A stretch of 64,000 nucleotides of DNA, taken from the NCBI GenBank assembly GCA_020725925.1, contig DYTN01000002.1, positions 44,621-108,620 on the forward strand, in the 5' to 3' direction. This document shows, piece after piece, positions 23,604 to 33,700 of the stretch (its first letter is position 1; the number at the start of each line of letters is the position of its first letter). A program made the translations under genes and the position numbers. The DNA comes from Methanobacteriota archaeon. GTDB taxonomy: Archaea > Thermoplasmatota > Thermoplasmata > UBA10834. The notes under the pieces were generated by a model. It worked only from the letters and a program-made list of their open reading frames with translations. It searched no databases and was not told the origin of the DNA.

Positions 23604-24554
23604 TCAGAGCGACAGGCCCATCGGGAGGCGCATGACGGCTCCGACCAGGAGGTACACGATCCCGGCCGCGATGACGGCCAGGATCTCTGAAAGCACGGCC
23701 TCCCCCGTGGAGATGTCGTTCGCAACGCTGATGGCTCTGCTTGCGATTGTGACGAGCCACACCAGGCCGACCAGGGCGATGAGCAACAGGACGCCGCCCG
23801 CGGCGATTGCCTGGTCGAGCTCATCAGGGGTCCAATCCTGGACATCTGTCATGTCGAGGCCCTGGAACCCCACGGTGAACAGCACCAAGAGCACGATCTC
23901 CAGGAACACGTATGCAGGGTAGACGTAGCCGAGGAGGGTGAGGGTGGCCGTACGCTCACCCCTCCCGCCGAAGATGTTCTTGGCGATTACCGCGGCAGCG
24001 ACGCCGAACAACAGGAAGGCGAGCAGCGAGATCACCCAGCTGACGAATCCCTGGAATGCAACCTCCAGCGCGTCGCCCGTGCTGTATCCCAGCACCTCGC
24101 CCATGTCGGCCGTCACGAGCGTGCTCACCACTGCGGACAGGATCGAGAACACGACGACGATGGCCAAAGCCCTCTGGAGGTTGGTGGACAGGTAGAGCGA
24201 CACGCAGGCCTTGGTGGGAGAGTACAGGATCCTGACGAGGTCCGCGAAGTCCGGCCTCGGCGCGTGCTTCGGCTGCATGTAGAGCCCGGGGTAGTGGCTG
24301 ATGTGGACGTGCGGATGCGCGGGCGAATGGAAATCCGAAGGCGGTATCTGTTCGACGAAGTGCGCGGGGAGCGCCTGCCTGATGGTGGTGCCGCACCTCG
24401 GGCAGTTCGTGACGCCGGTCCCATCCCCCAACGACTGGAGATAGCCAGACGCTCTGAACCCGCACGACGGACATGCGATGTCGTGCGCATACACGACGGA
24501 CTCTGGGATCATGCCTTGGGCCAATCGTGTCCAGAGGATATGATTGTTGCCCAC
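23604..24554 (-). CDS. Yip1-like membrane protein with N-terminal zinc ribbon
   Basis: CPSCG..CPRCG, then RILYSPTKA and about five TM helices including IFGGRG. Confidence 0.65.
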   Translation of the reverse strand: MGNNHILWTRLAQGMIPESVVYAHDIACPSCGFRASGYLQSLGDGTGVTNCPRCGTTIRQALPAHFVEQIPPSDFHSPAHPHVHISHYPGLYMQPKHAPRPDFADLVRILYSPTKACVSLYLSTNLQRALAIVVVFSILSAVVSTLVTADMGEVLGYSTGDALEVAFQGFVSWVISLLAFLLFGVAAAVIAKNIFGGRGERTATLTLLGYVYPAYVFLEIVLLVLFTVGFQGLDMTDVQDWTPDELDQAIAAGGVLLLIALVGLVWLVTIASRAISVANDISTGEAVLSEILAVIAAGIVYLLVGAVMRLPMGLSL

Positions 24555-24573
24555 GGCCGTCGGGGAAAATCAA

Positions 24574-24675
24574 TGGAGCCACTGGAGGGTATTGAACCCC
24601 CGGCCTGCGGTTTACGAAACCGCCGCTCTTTAGCGGCACGCGCGAGAGCGTGTGCAACCGCTGAGCTACAGTGGC
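24574..24675 (-). tRNA. tRNA-Thr(CGT) with a 27-nt intron in the D-loop (24630-24656)
   Basis: GCCACTG/CAGTGGC acceptor stem, anticodon loop TTCGTAA, encoded CCA; the insert forms a bulge-helix-bulge. Confidence 0.9.
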
Positions 24676-24814
24676 AGGCAGGTTGTTGTGAAGATTGTCT
24701 TGCTAGTTAAGGCTTTTGACATTTGACTTGTTCGATTGGGCGCATCCAGTCACGCCGCGGGAGAAACGAATGTCTTTTTATGAGTGGCACATTATCTACC
24801 ACGGGTCGCCCTGA

Positions 24815-26974
24815 ATGGTCACAGACCTCCGCATACCTGAGGGAATCGTCGTCCGGACCGCAAAAGGCGGTTCGGAGTCGCTCAAGACGATATTGGCAGA
24901 CCTCAAGCAATACAGCTTCACCGGCTACGTCAAGGTCACTCTGGAGAAGGAGATAATGAGCTCCATCGGATACCTTGTCGTGGAGCAAGGCGTCCCCGTG
25001 ATGGCCATATACGAGTTCGAGAAGTCGAAGCCGAGGGAGCTCAAGAGGATATACACTGGTGAGAAGTCGCTCAGGTTCATCCTGGAGGATTCCCAGGACA
25101 AGGCATCGAACATCGAGCTGCACAGCAGGGTCCCGAGCGAGGAATTCGAGAGGCGGTTCCCAGACTCCCGCCTTGCCGAGGCCCCAGTGGCCGCAAGGCC
25201 CTCTAGGGCCGAGACCGAGCGCGTCATCGAGGAGGCCGTGGAGGAGCCGGAGCAGGTGGACGCGCAGCGCGAGATCATCGAGCTCTGGCGCAGGAAGGGC
25301 TTCAAGGTCGACACTCTGGAGGAGGCGCTTGAGGAGGGGCCGCAGGCGCTGACGACGGAGCTATCAGCGTTCGAGCAGGACGCCCAGAGGCTGAAGCAGT
25401 TCGAGGTCGTGCTCAACAACTTCCCCGTGCTCGGGCACGAGGAGGAGATCCAGGAGATCAGGACGAAGCTCGACGACCGCACGAGGATAGCGGAGATCGA
25501 ATCGGACGTCGAATTCCTCCAGGAGAAGATCCGCCGGAAGATCCAGAAGCGCAAGGCCGATGAGGAGTCCATCCGGCAGGAGATGGAGAAGAAGAGGCAG
25601 GAGGAGAAAGCTGCCGATGTCTACGACCTGATCCTGCGCTACCAGACGCAGCCCGAGGAACAGGTCGAGAAGAGGTGCCCGAGGTGCGGGGGGCCCGTGG
25701 GCCCGGACGGCAAGTGCCCGAAGTGCAGCGTGGCAGAGGAGGCGCCCGCGCCCAGCTTCGTGAAGCCCTTGCCGGAGGGCATGAGGTTCGACAACTTCGT
25801 CGTCGGCCCGGGCACCAAGTTCCCCGTGGCCGCAGCCGTCGCCGTCGCCGAAGCTCCCAGCAAGACCTACAACCCGCTGCTGCTGTTCGGAGGCTCGGGC
25901 CTGGGGAAGACCCACCTCATCACCGCGATCGGCATCCAGGTGAAGCAGAGGTCTCGGAACGCCAAGGTGAACTACGTGCCCGCGGACAGGTTCGTCGAGG
26001 CGATCGGGCAGGCCCAGGACGACGCCCTGAGGAAGAGGATCCGGGAGGACCTGAAGCGCTCGGACCTCCTGCTGGTCGACGACATGCAGTTCCTCGCGGC
26101 CAACGAAAACGCCCAGCTGGAGATGGCGCAGGTCATCGAATACCTGATAGATGCAAAGAGGCAGGTCGTGTTCGCGAGTGACAGGCTCCCGGCGCAGCTG
26201 CCTGGCTTCAGCGACAGGCTCAACTCCCGCATAATGCTCGGGCTAACAACGGACCTCCCACCGCCCGACATGGACACGAGGGTGAAGATACTGAGGATGA
26301 AGGCCCAGGAGAAGGGCCTGAAGCTCAGCGACGAGATCATCGGCTACATCGCCGAGAGGGTCACGACGAACGTCAGGGAGCTGGAGAGCACGCTCACCAA
26401 GATTGTCGCCTTCTCATCGATAATGAAGCTCGACGTGGACCTGAACCTCGTCTCCGACATACTGAAGCCCTTGGCCCCCGTCCAGGAGACGAGGAAGGAG
26501 ATCATGAAGGAGGTCAAGGCGTCGCCAGGGCACTGCTACATGATAGAGGAGGAGAGGCCGCTGTACAGCAACGTCCTCCTCGGCAGGAAGATGGACGAGG
26601 GCTGTGCCGGCCTGGTCATCACCCGCCTCAACCCCAAGCGCCTGAGGGACGAGTTCAAGGTCGCCCCCGAGATACTCTGGCTCACGGACAAGGAGAGCTC
26701 CCAGGAGAAGACCGTCCCACCGTCGCTCGAGATGCTCATCCACACGATCCAGGAGTTCATGGAGACCGAGGAGAAGGGCATGATCGTCCTGGACGGCCTC
26801 CAGTACCTCGTCAGCAGCACCAACTTCGAGGCCGTGCTCAGGTTCCTCAGGAGCCTGATTGACGAGATCTCGGAGTCGAACTGCATACTCGCGCTGTCGA
26901 TCAGCCCCGAGACCCTGAAGCCGCAGGAGGTCTCCATCCTCGAGCGGGAGATGGAGGTCCTCAACCTCACTTGA
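24815..26974 (+). CDS. DUF2226-like / coiled-coil / Zn-ribbon / DnaA-type AAA+ / DUF835-like fusion protein
   Basis: FDNFVVG..YNPLLLFGGSGLGKTHL..LLLVDDMQFL..SDR..RLNSR..NVRELE; C-terminal GLVITRLNP..ILWLT..IVLDGLQYL. Confidence 0.85.
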   Translation: MVTDLRIPEGIVVRTAKGGSESLKTILADLKQYSFTGYVKVTLEKEIMSSIGYLVVEQGVPVMAIYEFEKSKPRELKRIYTGEKSLRFILEDSQDKASNIELHSRVPSEEFERRFPDSRLAEAPVAARPSRAETERVIEEAVEEPEQVDAQREIIELWRRKGFKVDTLEEALEEGPQALTTELSAFEQDAQRLKQFEVVLNNFPVLGHEEEIQEIRTKLDDRTRIAEIESDVEFLQEKIRRKIQKRKADEESIRQEMEKKRQEEKAADVYDLILRYQTQPEEQVEKRCPRCGGPVGPDGKCPKCSVAEEAPAPSFVKPLPEGMRFDNFVVGPGTKFPVAAAVAVAEAPSKTYNPLLLFGGSGLGKTHLITAIGIQVKQRSRNAKVNYVPADRFVEAIGQAQDDALRKRIREDLKRSDLLLVDDMQFLAANENAQLEMAQVIEYLIDAKRQVVFASDRLPAQLPGFSDRLNSRIMLGLTTDLPPPDMDTRVKILRMKAQEKGLKLSDEIIGYIAERVTTNVRELESTLTKIVAFSSIMKLDVDLNLVSDILKPLAPVQETRKEIMKEVKASPGHCYMIEEERPLYSNVLLGRKMDEGCAGLVITRLNPKRLRDEFKVAPEILWLTDKESSQEKTVPPSLEMLIHTIQEFMETEEKGMIVLDGLQYLVSSTNFEAVLRFLRSLIDEISESNCILALSISPETLKPQEVSILEREMEVLNLT

Positions 26975-26998
26975 CCGGCAAAGAACACAGCTGAGGGT

Positions 26999-28630
26999 TC
27001 ACGCGGCCTTCTTCATCATCTCTTTGAACTCGCGCATCTCCCTGACGGCCTGGGCGTAGTCCCCTGACTTCATGAGGTTCGTGGCGGACTTGAGGACGGT
27101 GAGCATCGGGGTGATGTTCACGTTCCTGACCTTGGCCTCGAGGAGGTCGTCCCTTGCCTTCTTCATCTCCTCGTTCATGCGCGAGGGGATGGCCTTGCCC
27201 AGGCTCTCGTTGGCCGCCCTGACCGTGTTGTCCATCTTGTCAAAGTCCTTCTGGTCGAGGGCCTTCTGGGCGTCCAGGAGCAACCGCCTGGCCTCCTTCG
27301 TGTCGACGATGAACAGCTCGCAGTCCGAGACGAACTGCCTCAGGCCGGTGATCTTCTTCTTCGATTCGTTGTACCTGCCCGTGATCGGCAACAGCTCCTT
27401 CGAGACCTTGTCGGCGTAGACGAACGCGGCCTCGATGTCCCCCGAGGAGCGGGCCCTCGCGACCTCTTGGATGTATGTGGTCGCCCTGGAGATGTCCCCT
27501 CCGAAATCACGGGCTATCTTGATCTCCTCGTTCAGTTGGATTATGCTCTGCGCGAGATGCGCATCGATCCTCCCCATGAGGACCGTCTTGGATTTCTGAA
27601 CGAGCTCGATGGCCTTGTCTATCTGCCTGTCCCTTCCCGCCTCGGCCGCCTCGTCAATGAGCTGCTTGCTCTCCCCGATCTCGACCTCCTTCTCCCTGGC
27701 GACGGCGAGAAGCGGTTTCATCTCTGCGACCATCCTCGCGAGGTCCCTGCCCTTATCCCTGACAGGGGGCGCGGCTGGGACGGCAGGGGCGGGCGCCGGC
27801 GTCGGAGCCTCCTTGACAACTCTCACGGCAGGCGCAGGTGGTGCTGGTGCAAGTGCCGGAGCGGGCTTCTCCTTCACGACGGGCTTCTCTGGCTTCGCAG
27901 GCGCAGGCTTCGGTGCCGGCTCTGGCTCCTTCTTGCCCAGCTTCCACCGGCCGAACAGTCCCTTCTTCTCCTCGGCCTTGGGCTCCGGGGGAGCGGCTTT
28001 CTCCACCCTCTTCGGCGGCGCCTTCACCTCTTCGACGGGCGCCTCGATCTCCATCTTCGGAGTGGGTGCGGCAGGCGCGGCCTCCTCGGGCTCGACAAAC
28101 ACCGCCCCGCAGCCAGGACATGACTCCGCATCCATGCTGACGAGCGTGTTGCACGCGGGGCACTGGAACATGTCGGCCCCCTCCTCCGCGAAGAGCACTC
28201 CGCACTTGGGGCACGCGGTCGCCGTGGTCTCGACGGTAGCGCCACACTGCGGGCACTCGAAATACTCGACCGCAGCCGGCTCCTCGACGGGCTTCTCCTC
28301 GGCCACGGGTGCGACCTGCACGACCGGAGCAGGCTTCGGGGGCTCGGCTCTCACGAGCTCCGGCGGCTTGGGCGGGGGCTGTGCGACAGGAGGCGGTGCC
28401 GGCGCCTCTCGTTGAGGTGGTGGCCTCGAGAGTATCTCGTCCACCCTAGCCTCGACCGACAACTTCGGCGGGGGCGCAGGCGCGGGCGCGGGCTCAGGGG
28501 CCTTCTTAGGTGGCTCTAGGTCTATCTCAAATATGGACAGGTCGGTCCCGCAGAACCCGCATTTCTTCGATCCGGGCTGAAGCGGAGAGTCGCAGATCGG
28601 ACAGAGCCTATCTCCGCTGGATTCTGGCAA
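26999..28630 (-). CDS. Multi-zinc-ribbon, Pro-rich protein with C-terminal helical repeats
   Basis: Three CxxC..CxxC ribbons, P/A/E/K-rich linkers, four roughly 60-aa helical repeats. Confidence 0.8.
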   Translation of the reverse strand: MPESSGDRLCPICDSPLQPGSKKCGFCGTDLSIFEIDLEPPKKAPEPAPAPAPPPKLSVEARVDEILSRPPPQREAPAPPPVAQPPPKPPELVRAEPPKPAPVVQVAPVAEEKPVEEPAAVEYFECPQCGATVETTATACPKCGVLFAEEGADMFQCPACNTLVSMDAESCPGCGAVFVEPEEAAPAAPTPKMEIEAPVEEVKAPPKRVEKAAPPEPKAEEKKGLFGRWKLGKKEPEPAPKPAPAKPEKPVVKEKPAPALAPAPPAPAVRVVKEAPTPAPAPAVPAAPPVRDKGRDLARMVAEMKPLLAVAREKEVEIGESKQLIDEAAEAGRDRQIDKAIELVQKSKTVLMGRIDAHLAQSIIQLNEEIKIARDFGGDISRATTYIQEVARARSSGDIEAAFVYADKVSKELLPITGRYNESKKKITGLRQFVSDCELFIVDTKEARRLLLDAQKALDQKDFDKMDNTVRAANESLGKAIPSRMNEEMKKARDDLLEAKVRNVNITPMLTVLKSATNLMKSGDYAQAVREMREFKEMMKKAA

Positions 28631-28805
28631 CTAGAAATGCCTCCTCTGGGGTGGTAGCTCCACTCTACGATATGCCTGGATAAATAGTTAATCGTTTTGA
28701 TTTCTCGATTCGATAATGATTCGACCGCAGGCATTGACTCGCCTGGCTGGCTCGGGGAGAAACCTATTTCCATCAGAGCGTTGATGCGAGCCCGAGGGGG
28801 TCGAG

Positions 28806-29288
28806 ATGGAACTGAAATCGGTGAAGGTGGAGTTCCCCGAGACCGCGAACGTGATCATCGGTCAGACGCACTTCATCAAGACGGCGGAGGACCTGTACGA
28901 GGCGATCGTCACTGCCGTCCCTCAGGCGAAGTTCGGCCTCGCGTTCTGCGAGGCGTCAGGACCATGCCTCATCAGGACGGAGGGCAACGACGACAGGCTG
29001 ACGAGGATCGCTGCGGATAACGCCGAGAGGATAGGTGCAGGGCACACTTTCGTGGTGGTCATGGAGAACTCGTACCCGATCAATGTGCTCAACAGGATCA
29101 AGGGCGTCCAGGAGGTCTGCTCGATATTCTGCGCGACCTCGAACCCTGTTGATGCCATCGTGGCGGAGAACGAGCGCGGCAGGGGGGTCGTCGGCGTCAT
29201 CGATGGCGAGAAGCCGAAGGGGATAGAGACTGCGAAGGACGCCGAGGACAGGAAGGCCTTCCTGAGGAAGATTGGCTACAAGAGATAG
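28806..29288 (+). CDS. Adenosine-specific kinase family protein (DUF355)
   Basis: NVIIGQTHFIKTAEDL, FCEASG, IFCATSNP, RKIGYKR. Confidence 0.9.
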   Translation: MELKSVKVEFPETANVIIGQTHFIKTAEDLYEAIVTAVPQAKFGLAFCEASGPCLIRTEGNDDRLTRIAADNAERIGAGHTFVVVMENSYPINVLNRIKGVQEVCSIFCATSNPVDAIVAENERGRGVVGVIDGEKPKGIETAKDAEDRKAFLRKIGYKR

Positions 29289-29313
29289 CCCCTCGCCAAG
29301 GATGCCGGCTGCG

Positions 29314-30165
29314 ATGAAATTCGAGACGCGCATAGCCCCGCTCGACCTGGACATCACTCTCGGATGCGGCCAGACATTCAGGTGGCGGAGGAGGGAGGAT
29401 GGTGCCTGGCAGGGCGTTCTGGGCGACCAGCTGGTGAGCTTGGCCATGGGCGCCTACGGCCTGGTCGTGGATTCGTCACCTGGCAGGCATGATGTCGAGG
29501 CGATGGTCAGGGAGTACCTGCGCGCGGAGGACGACATCGCGAAGATCCAGCGCAGGCTTGGCAGGGACGCGGTCCTGGCGAGGGGGATGCGCGAGGTCAA
29601 GGGCCTCAGGATAGTCAAGATGGATGAGTGGGAGTGCCTCGTGAGCTACCTGCTCGCAACCTATGCCAACATCCCCAGGATAGCGAGGATGATCGAGTCC
29701 GTGTCCAGCACGTGGGGCGCACAGATAGCCGATAGGGTCCATGAGTTCCCGTCGCGCGACGATCTCTCAGGCGCTAGTGAGAGCGAGCTGAAGCGCTGCG
29801 GCCTCGGCTATCGGGCGAGATACGTCCGGGAGCTCTGCGACGCGGTCGACATGAGCTCGATGAGACGGTTCAGGCGCCTCGGATACGAGGACCTCCGAGA
29901 GGCCCTCAAGGAGCTGCCCGGCGTGGGAGACAAGGTGGCGGATTGCGTCTGCCTGTTCGGCTTCGGCAGGCTCGAGGCGTTCCCGATCGATGTCTGGATG
30001 GAGAGGGCCCTGGCAAGGCTGTACAAAGCGAAAGGGTCGTACCGGAAGCTGAGGATGTTCGCGCTGGAGAAATTCGGTCCGTTCGCCGGCTACGCCCAGG
30101 AATACCTCTACTACAACGAGCGCCTGCGCGCGCCCGATGGTACGTGCGTGTTCTCACACAAATGA
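29314..30165 (+). CDS. ogg: 8-oxoguanine DNA glycosylase (OGG/AlkA HhH-GPD family)
   Basis: TLGCGQTFRW, GLGYRARY, LPGVGDKVADC, FPIDVW, AGYAQEYLY. Confidence 0.9.
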   Translation: MKFETRIAPLDLDITLGCGQTFRWRRREDGAWQGVLGDQLVSLAMGAYGLVVDSSPGRHDVEAMVREYLRAEDDIAKIQRRLGRDAVLARGMREVKGLRIVKMDEWECLVSYLLATYANIPRIARMIESVSSTWGAQIADRVHEFPSRDDLSGASESELKRCGLGYRARYVRELCDAVDMSSMRRFRRLGYEDLREALKELPGVGDKVADCVCLFGFGRLEAFPIDVWMERALARLYKAKGSYRKLRMFALEKFGPFAGYAQEYLYYNERLRAPDGTCVFSHK

Positions 30166-30705
30166 CAGGATGGACCTGTCGAGCAGCAGCAGGATGCCCT
30201 CTGCGACCGCAGCGAGCCCGACGACTACCATCGTGGGCTTCCACTGCAGGACCATGGTGGCAATCGTCAGCAGGTCCTCGAGGAAATGGAAGATGACGGC
30301 CACGATGCCTCCGACGACGAAGAAGACTATGAGCAGTATGATCCACTCGTCGATCCCGAAGACGTGCGACGGAAGCACGAGGGACGCGGCGAGGGACGCG
30401 GCGCTCCCCACGACCGCGCCTATCACGCCCGACCAAGGTATCTCCCGCATTGGCTTCAGGAACAGCGTCAGAGCGACGATCACGAGTATGGTGAGGGACA
30501 GCCAGTTGACCGTGCCCTCGGTGCCTGCGAGGAACGCGAGCACTATCATCGCCGCGCCCAGAATGAATGCGAGGAAAGTCCCGACTTCGTCCCAGTAGGA
30601 GTCATCCCGCACCCCGTAGACCGCGATGGCCATCGACAGAAGCCCGCCTACCACGAGCGCGAGCGCGGGCACGGGCTCTTCAGCCAGGGCTGATAAGTCG
30701 ACCAC
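30154..30705 (-). CDS. Multi-pass membrane protein, unknown function
   Basis: About six hydrophobic segments; directly downstream of lhr. Confidence 0.7.
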   Translation of the reverse strand: MVDLSALAEEPVPALALVVGGLLSMAIAVYGVRDDSYWDEVGTFLAFILGAAMIVLAFLAGTEGTVNWLSLTILVIVALTLFLKPMREIPWSGVIGAVVGSAASLAASLVLPSHVFGIDEWIILLIVFFVVGGIVAVIFHFLEDLLTIATMVLQWKPTMVVVGLAAVAEGILLLLDRSILSFV

Positions 30706-30732
30706 GGGGCCCGGAAGGAGAGACCGTGCTCA

Positions 30733-33700
30733 TTATGCTTGCCCCTTCCTGACGCTCTTGACGCCCGGGTGGGTCCTCTGGTAGAAGTCCATGATCTCCC
30801 AGTCCGAAACCCTGCCCGCCTCCTTGCCTGCGAGGGCGAGGCCGAGGGTCCTGGCGTAGCCTGCTATGATCTCCTCGCAGCCGGGTTCGCCCTGGACATC
30901 GGAGACCTCGAGCTTTCCCTTCACCACCCTGCCCAGGAACGAGCCGATCGGCTCGATCCCGCGGAAGATTGCATAGCGGCCCGTCTCCGGCAGCAGCTCC
31001 CTGTAGGTCGCGCGCAGATAGGGCACGACGTAGTCGAGCGGCGTCAGGACGACCGTGGCTGAGAACCTCCGCCTCCCCAGAGCCTCGTACGTCTCCCTGG
31101 AGGCCCAGTAGAGAGTGCCCGACCCGCGCAAGAGGAACCCCTTCACCAGGAAGCCCTCGTCCTCGAGCGCGCGCAACGAGCGCCTGATCTCGCGCATGCG
31201 TATCTCGTGCCCGAGGATCGACGCCACCGTCTCCGCGTTGACCACGCCGTAGGTCTCGAACAGGCGCTTGACTATGCGGGTCCACGCAGCCCGCCTTGAT
31301 GTCCTCATCCGCTTTGTGACCACGTAGGCCAGCGCCTCGTCCCAGTAGACCCTCGAGGACTCGTAGAGCGATGCCAGGGCCACGAGAGTGTCCTCCCTTC
31401 CGAGCGGGGACAGCTCCAGCAGGCGGGAGCGTCTCACGGGCTCCTGATCGGCGACTATGCGCATCACGAGCTTCTCGTCCGGGGTGAGGTCCTTGGCCCT
31501 GGCCGACCTGTAGAGGCTCGCGTCCTCCATACTGCAGTACCCGTGCCTGTCCGGGACGAGCCGCCCCCTGACGACCTCGCCCTTTCGCTGGAGCTTCTGG
31601 AGGGAGACGAACTTCTTGACCCGGACGAGGGCCTCCGCATTCGACCGGAACCCTCCGTACCGCTCCAGGGCATCGGCCATGTCCCTGAGCTTCTCCGACT
31701 CCTCAAGGTTCTGCATGGAGAAGACGACGTGCAGGATGTCCTGGTCGTCGAAGCACTCCGTGACGAGCCTGCCCTTGACCAGCATGCCGTTCGCCTCCAC
31801 ATACCCTCTGCTGATGAACGGCGCTTTGAGGTCGTCTTGGAGCTGGTCTATGTCGGTCCCCAGCACGCGCCTCACGCGGTCGATCTCCACTCCCTGGGCG
31901 TTGTAGAACGGCATGATCGCGTCCACGGAGTCTATGGCCTGGCCGAGCATCTCGGGCTCGTCGAGCTGCATCTCGCGGATCTCGACGGAGCCTGCCATGA
32001 GCCACTTCTCCATCATCCCCACTATCCTGCCGTTCTTGACCAGCGGGAAGATCCAGCCCTCGCCGTACCTGGAGGTGACTTCGGTCCACTTGTCGCTCAG
32101 GAACGGATCGTACAGGGAGAGGATGTGTAGCCTGTCGTCCGCCTTGTGCGCATGCTCCAGCTCGCGCAGCTCTTCTGGCATGAGGAACATCTCGGTCTTC
32201 TCCAAGCCCACGAAGACGCTCTTCGTGCCTATCTTCCGGAGAAGCGCCCTCGCGTCCTCCGGCTCGATGTCCAGGTATTTCGCCGCCTGGCTGGCTGTGG
32301 CCGGCCCGAAGCCCCTGAGGTACCGTCTCAGGACCCTCTCGAAGGGCGAGTCGGTCTCCGGCTCGATCTCGCACGGGGCGTACACGCTCCTGGCGCTCCA
32401 CGATTCTGCCTCATCGTACTCCCTGAGGAGGAGGCCCTTCCTGTCCAGCGTGTCGAAGTTCTCCCTCATGATGTCCGGGGGGAAGCCGGTCGCCTCCGCG
32501 AGCTGTTGATATGTGCCCGACCCGAGCTTCCGGAGCGTGTGCAGTATCTCCGCCTCGTACTTGTCCAGCCTGCCTTCTCTGTACACGCCGAGGTAGTAGG
32601 GCGCATCCTCGGCGAGCACGTACCTGAGCCTCCCGCGCACGAACCTCCCGAGGAGGATCTCGCCCTTCCTGCGCATCTCCCCGAACTCCTCCATGTCGAA
32701 CCCATCGACCCTCTGGAAGATGTCGTAGATCATGCCGGCCTCGCCGAACTCCTCGAAGTACTCCCGTATCGACTGGACCTTGGCGAACTGCTTCCTCTCG
32801 CTGTACGCCCTGACGGTCTCTCGGTCGAAGACGGCCTGGTCCTTGGACCTCAGCCTCAGGTAGTCCCTGGCCAGCATGTACTGCTGCTGCTCGCCCACGA
32901 CGAACCGCCCTGAAACGACCGCCTCCTTCGAGACCAGCTCCCGGAGAGCCTCCTCCGCTTCAGGCTCCGTCACGCCGACCTCGTACGCGAGGTCCTCGAC
33001 CGTGATGGGCGCATGATACGCGATGTGTCGCAGGACCGCCTCCTGAAGGCAGTCTCTGTGCGAGCCCTGCTCTTGGCCTACCAACGCGAACAGGAATGTG
33101 TCGCCCCTGATGTCCGACCTGCATATCTCGTTCGCAGTCTCGAGCCTTCGGAGCGACTCCCGCAGGTCGGCGGCCTCGACATGGAGCGCCTCCGCAAAGG
33201 AGTGCGCGCTCCTGCCGGCCTTCGAGAGTCCCTTCAGGATCCCTCCCTCGATCTCGGAGTGCTTGACCCTCTTCCGGTGCAGGCAGACATACAGCGGATG
33301 GTCCTCTGCGGCGACGTAGACGTCCTCCCCTATCCAGACGGACCTGACCCCGCCCTCGTGCAGGAGCTCGGAGCTCCAGCCCTTAAGTATGTCGAAGGGC
33401 TCCGACGAGTGGGCGAAGACGCTCTCCCCCTTCTCCCTGAACAGGTTCATGGGGCCGACCAGCCTGACGGCTCGAAGGACGTCCTCCTTCGATTCTATCC
33501 TGGGGAACTTGGCCGCGAAATACTCCTCCACGGAGTCGGCGTCGAACTGGTACTCCACGATGGCCTCCTCGCCAAGAGCACGCGCGAGCACCTTCCTGTG
33601 GAGCTCCCTGAGCAGCATGCTCCTGTCCTCCATCAGGACTATGTCCGAGACGCCCACGAGGATCGCGTTGTGGGCGAACGGGGACGGCACGCTCGAGAAC

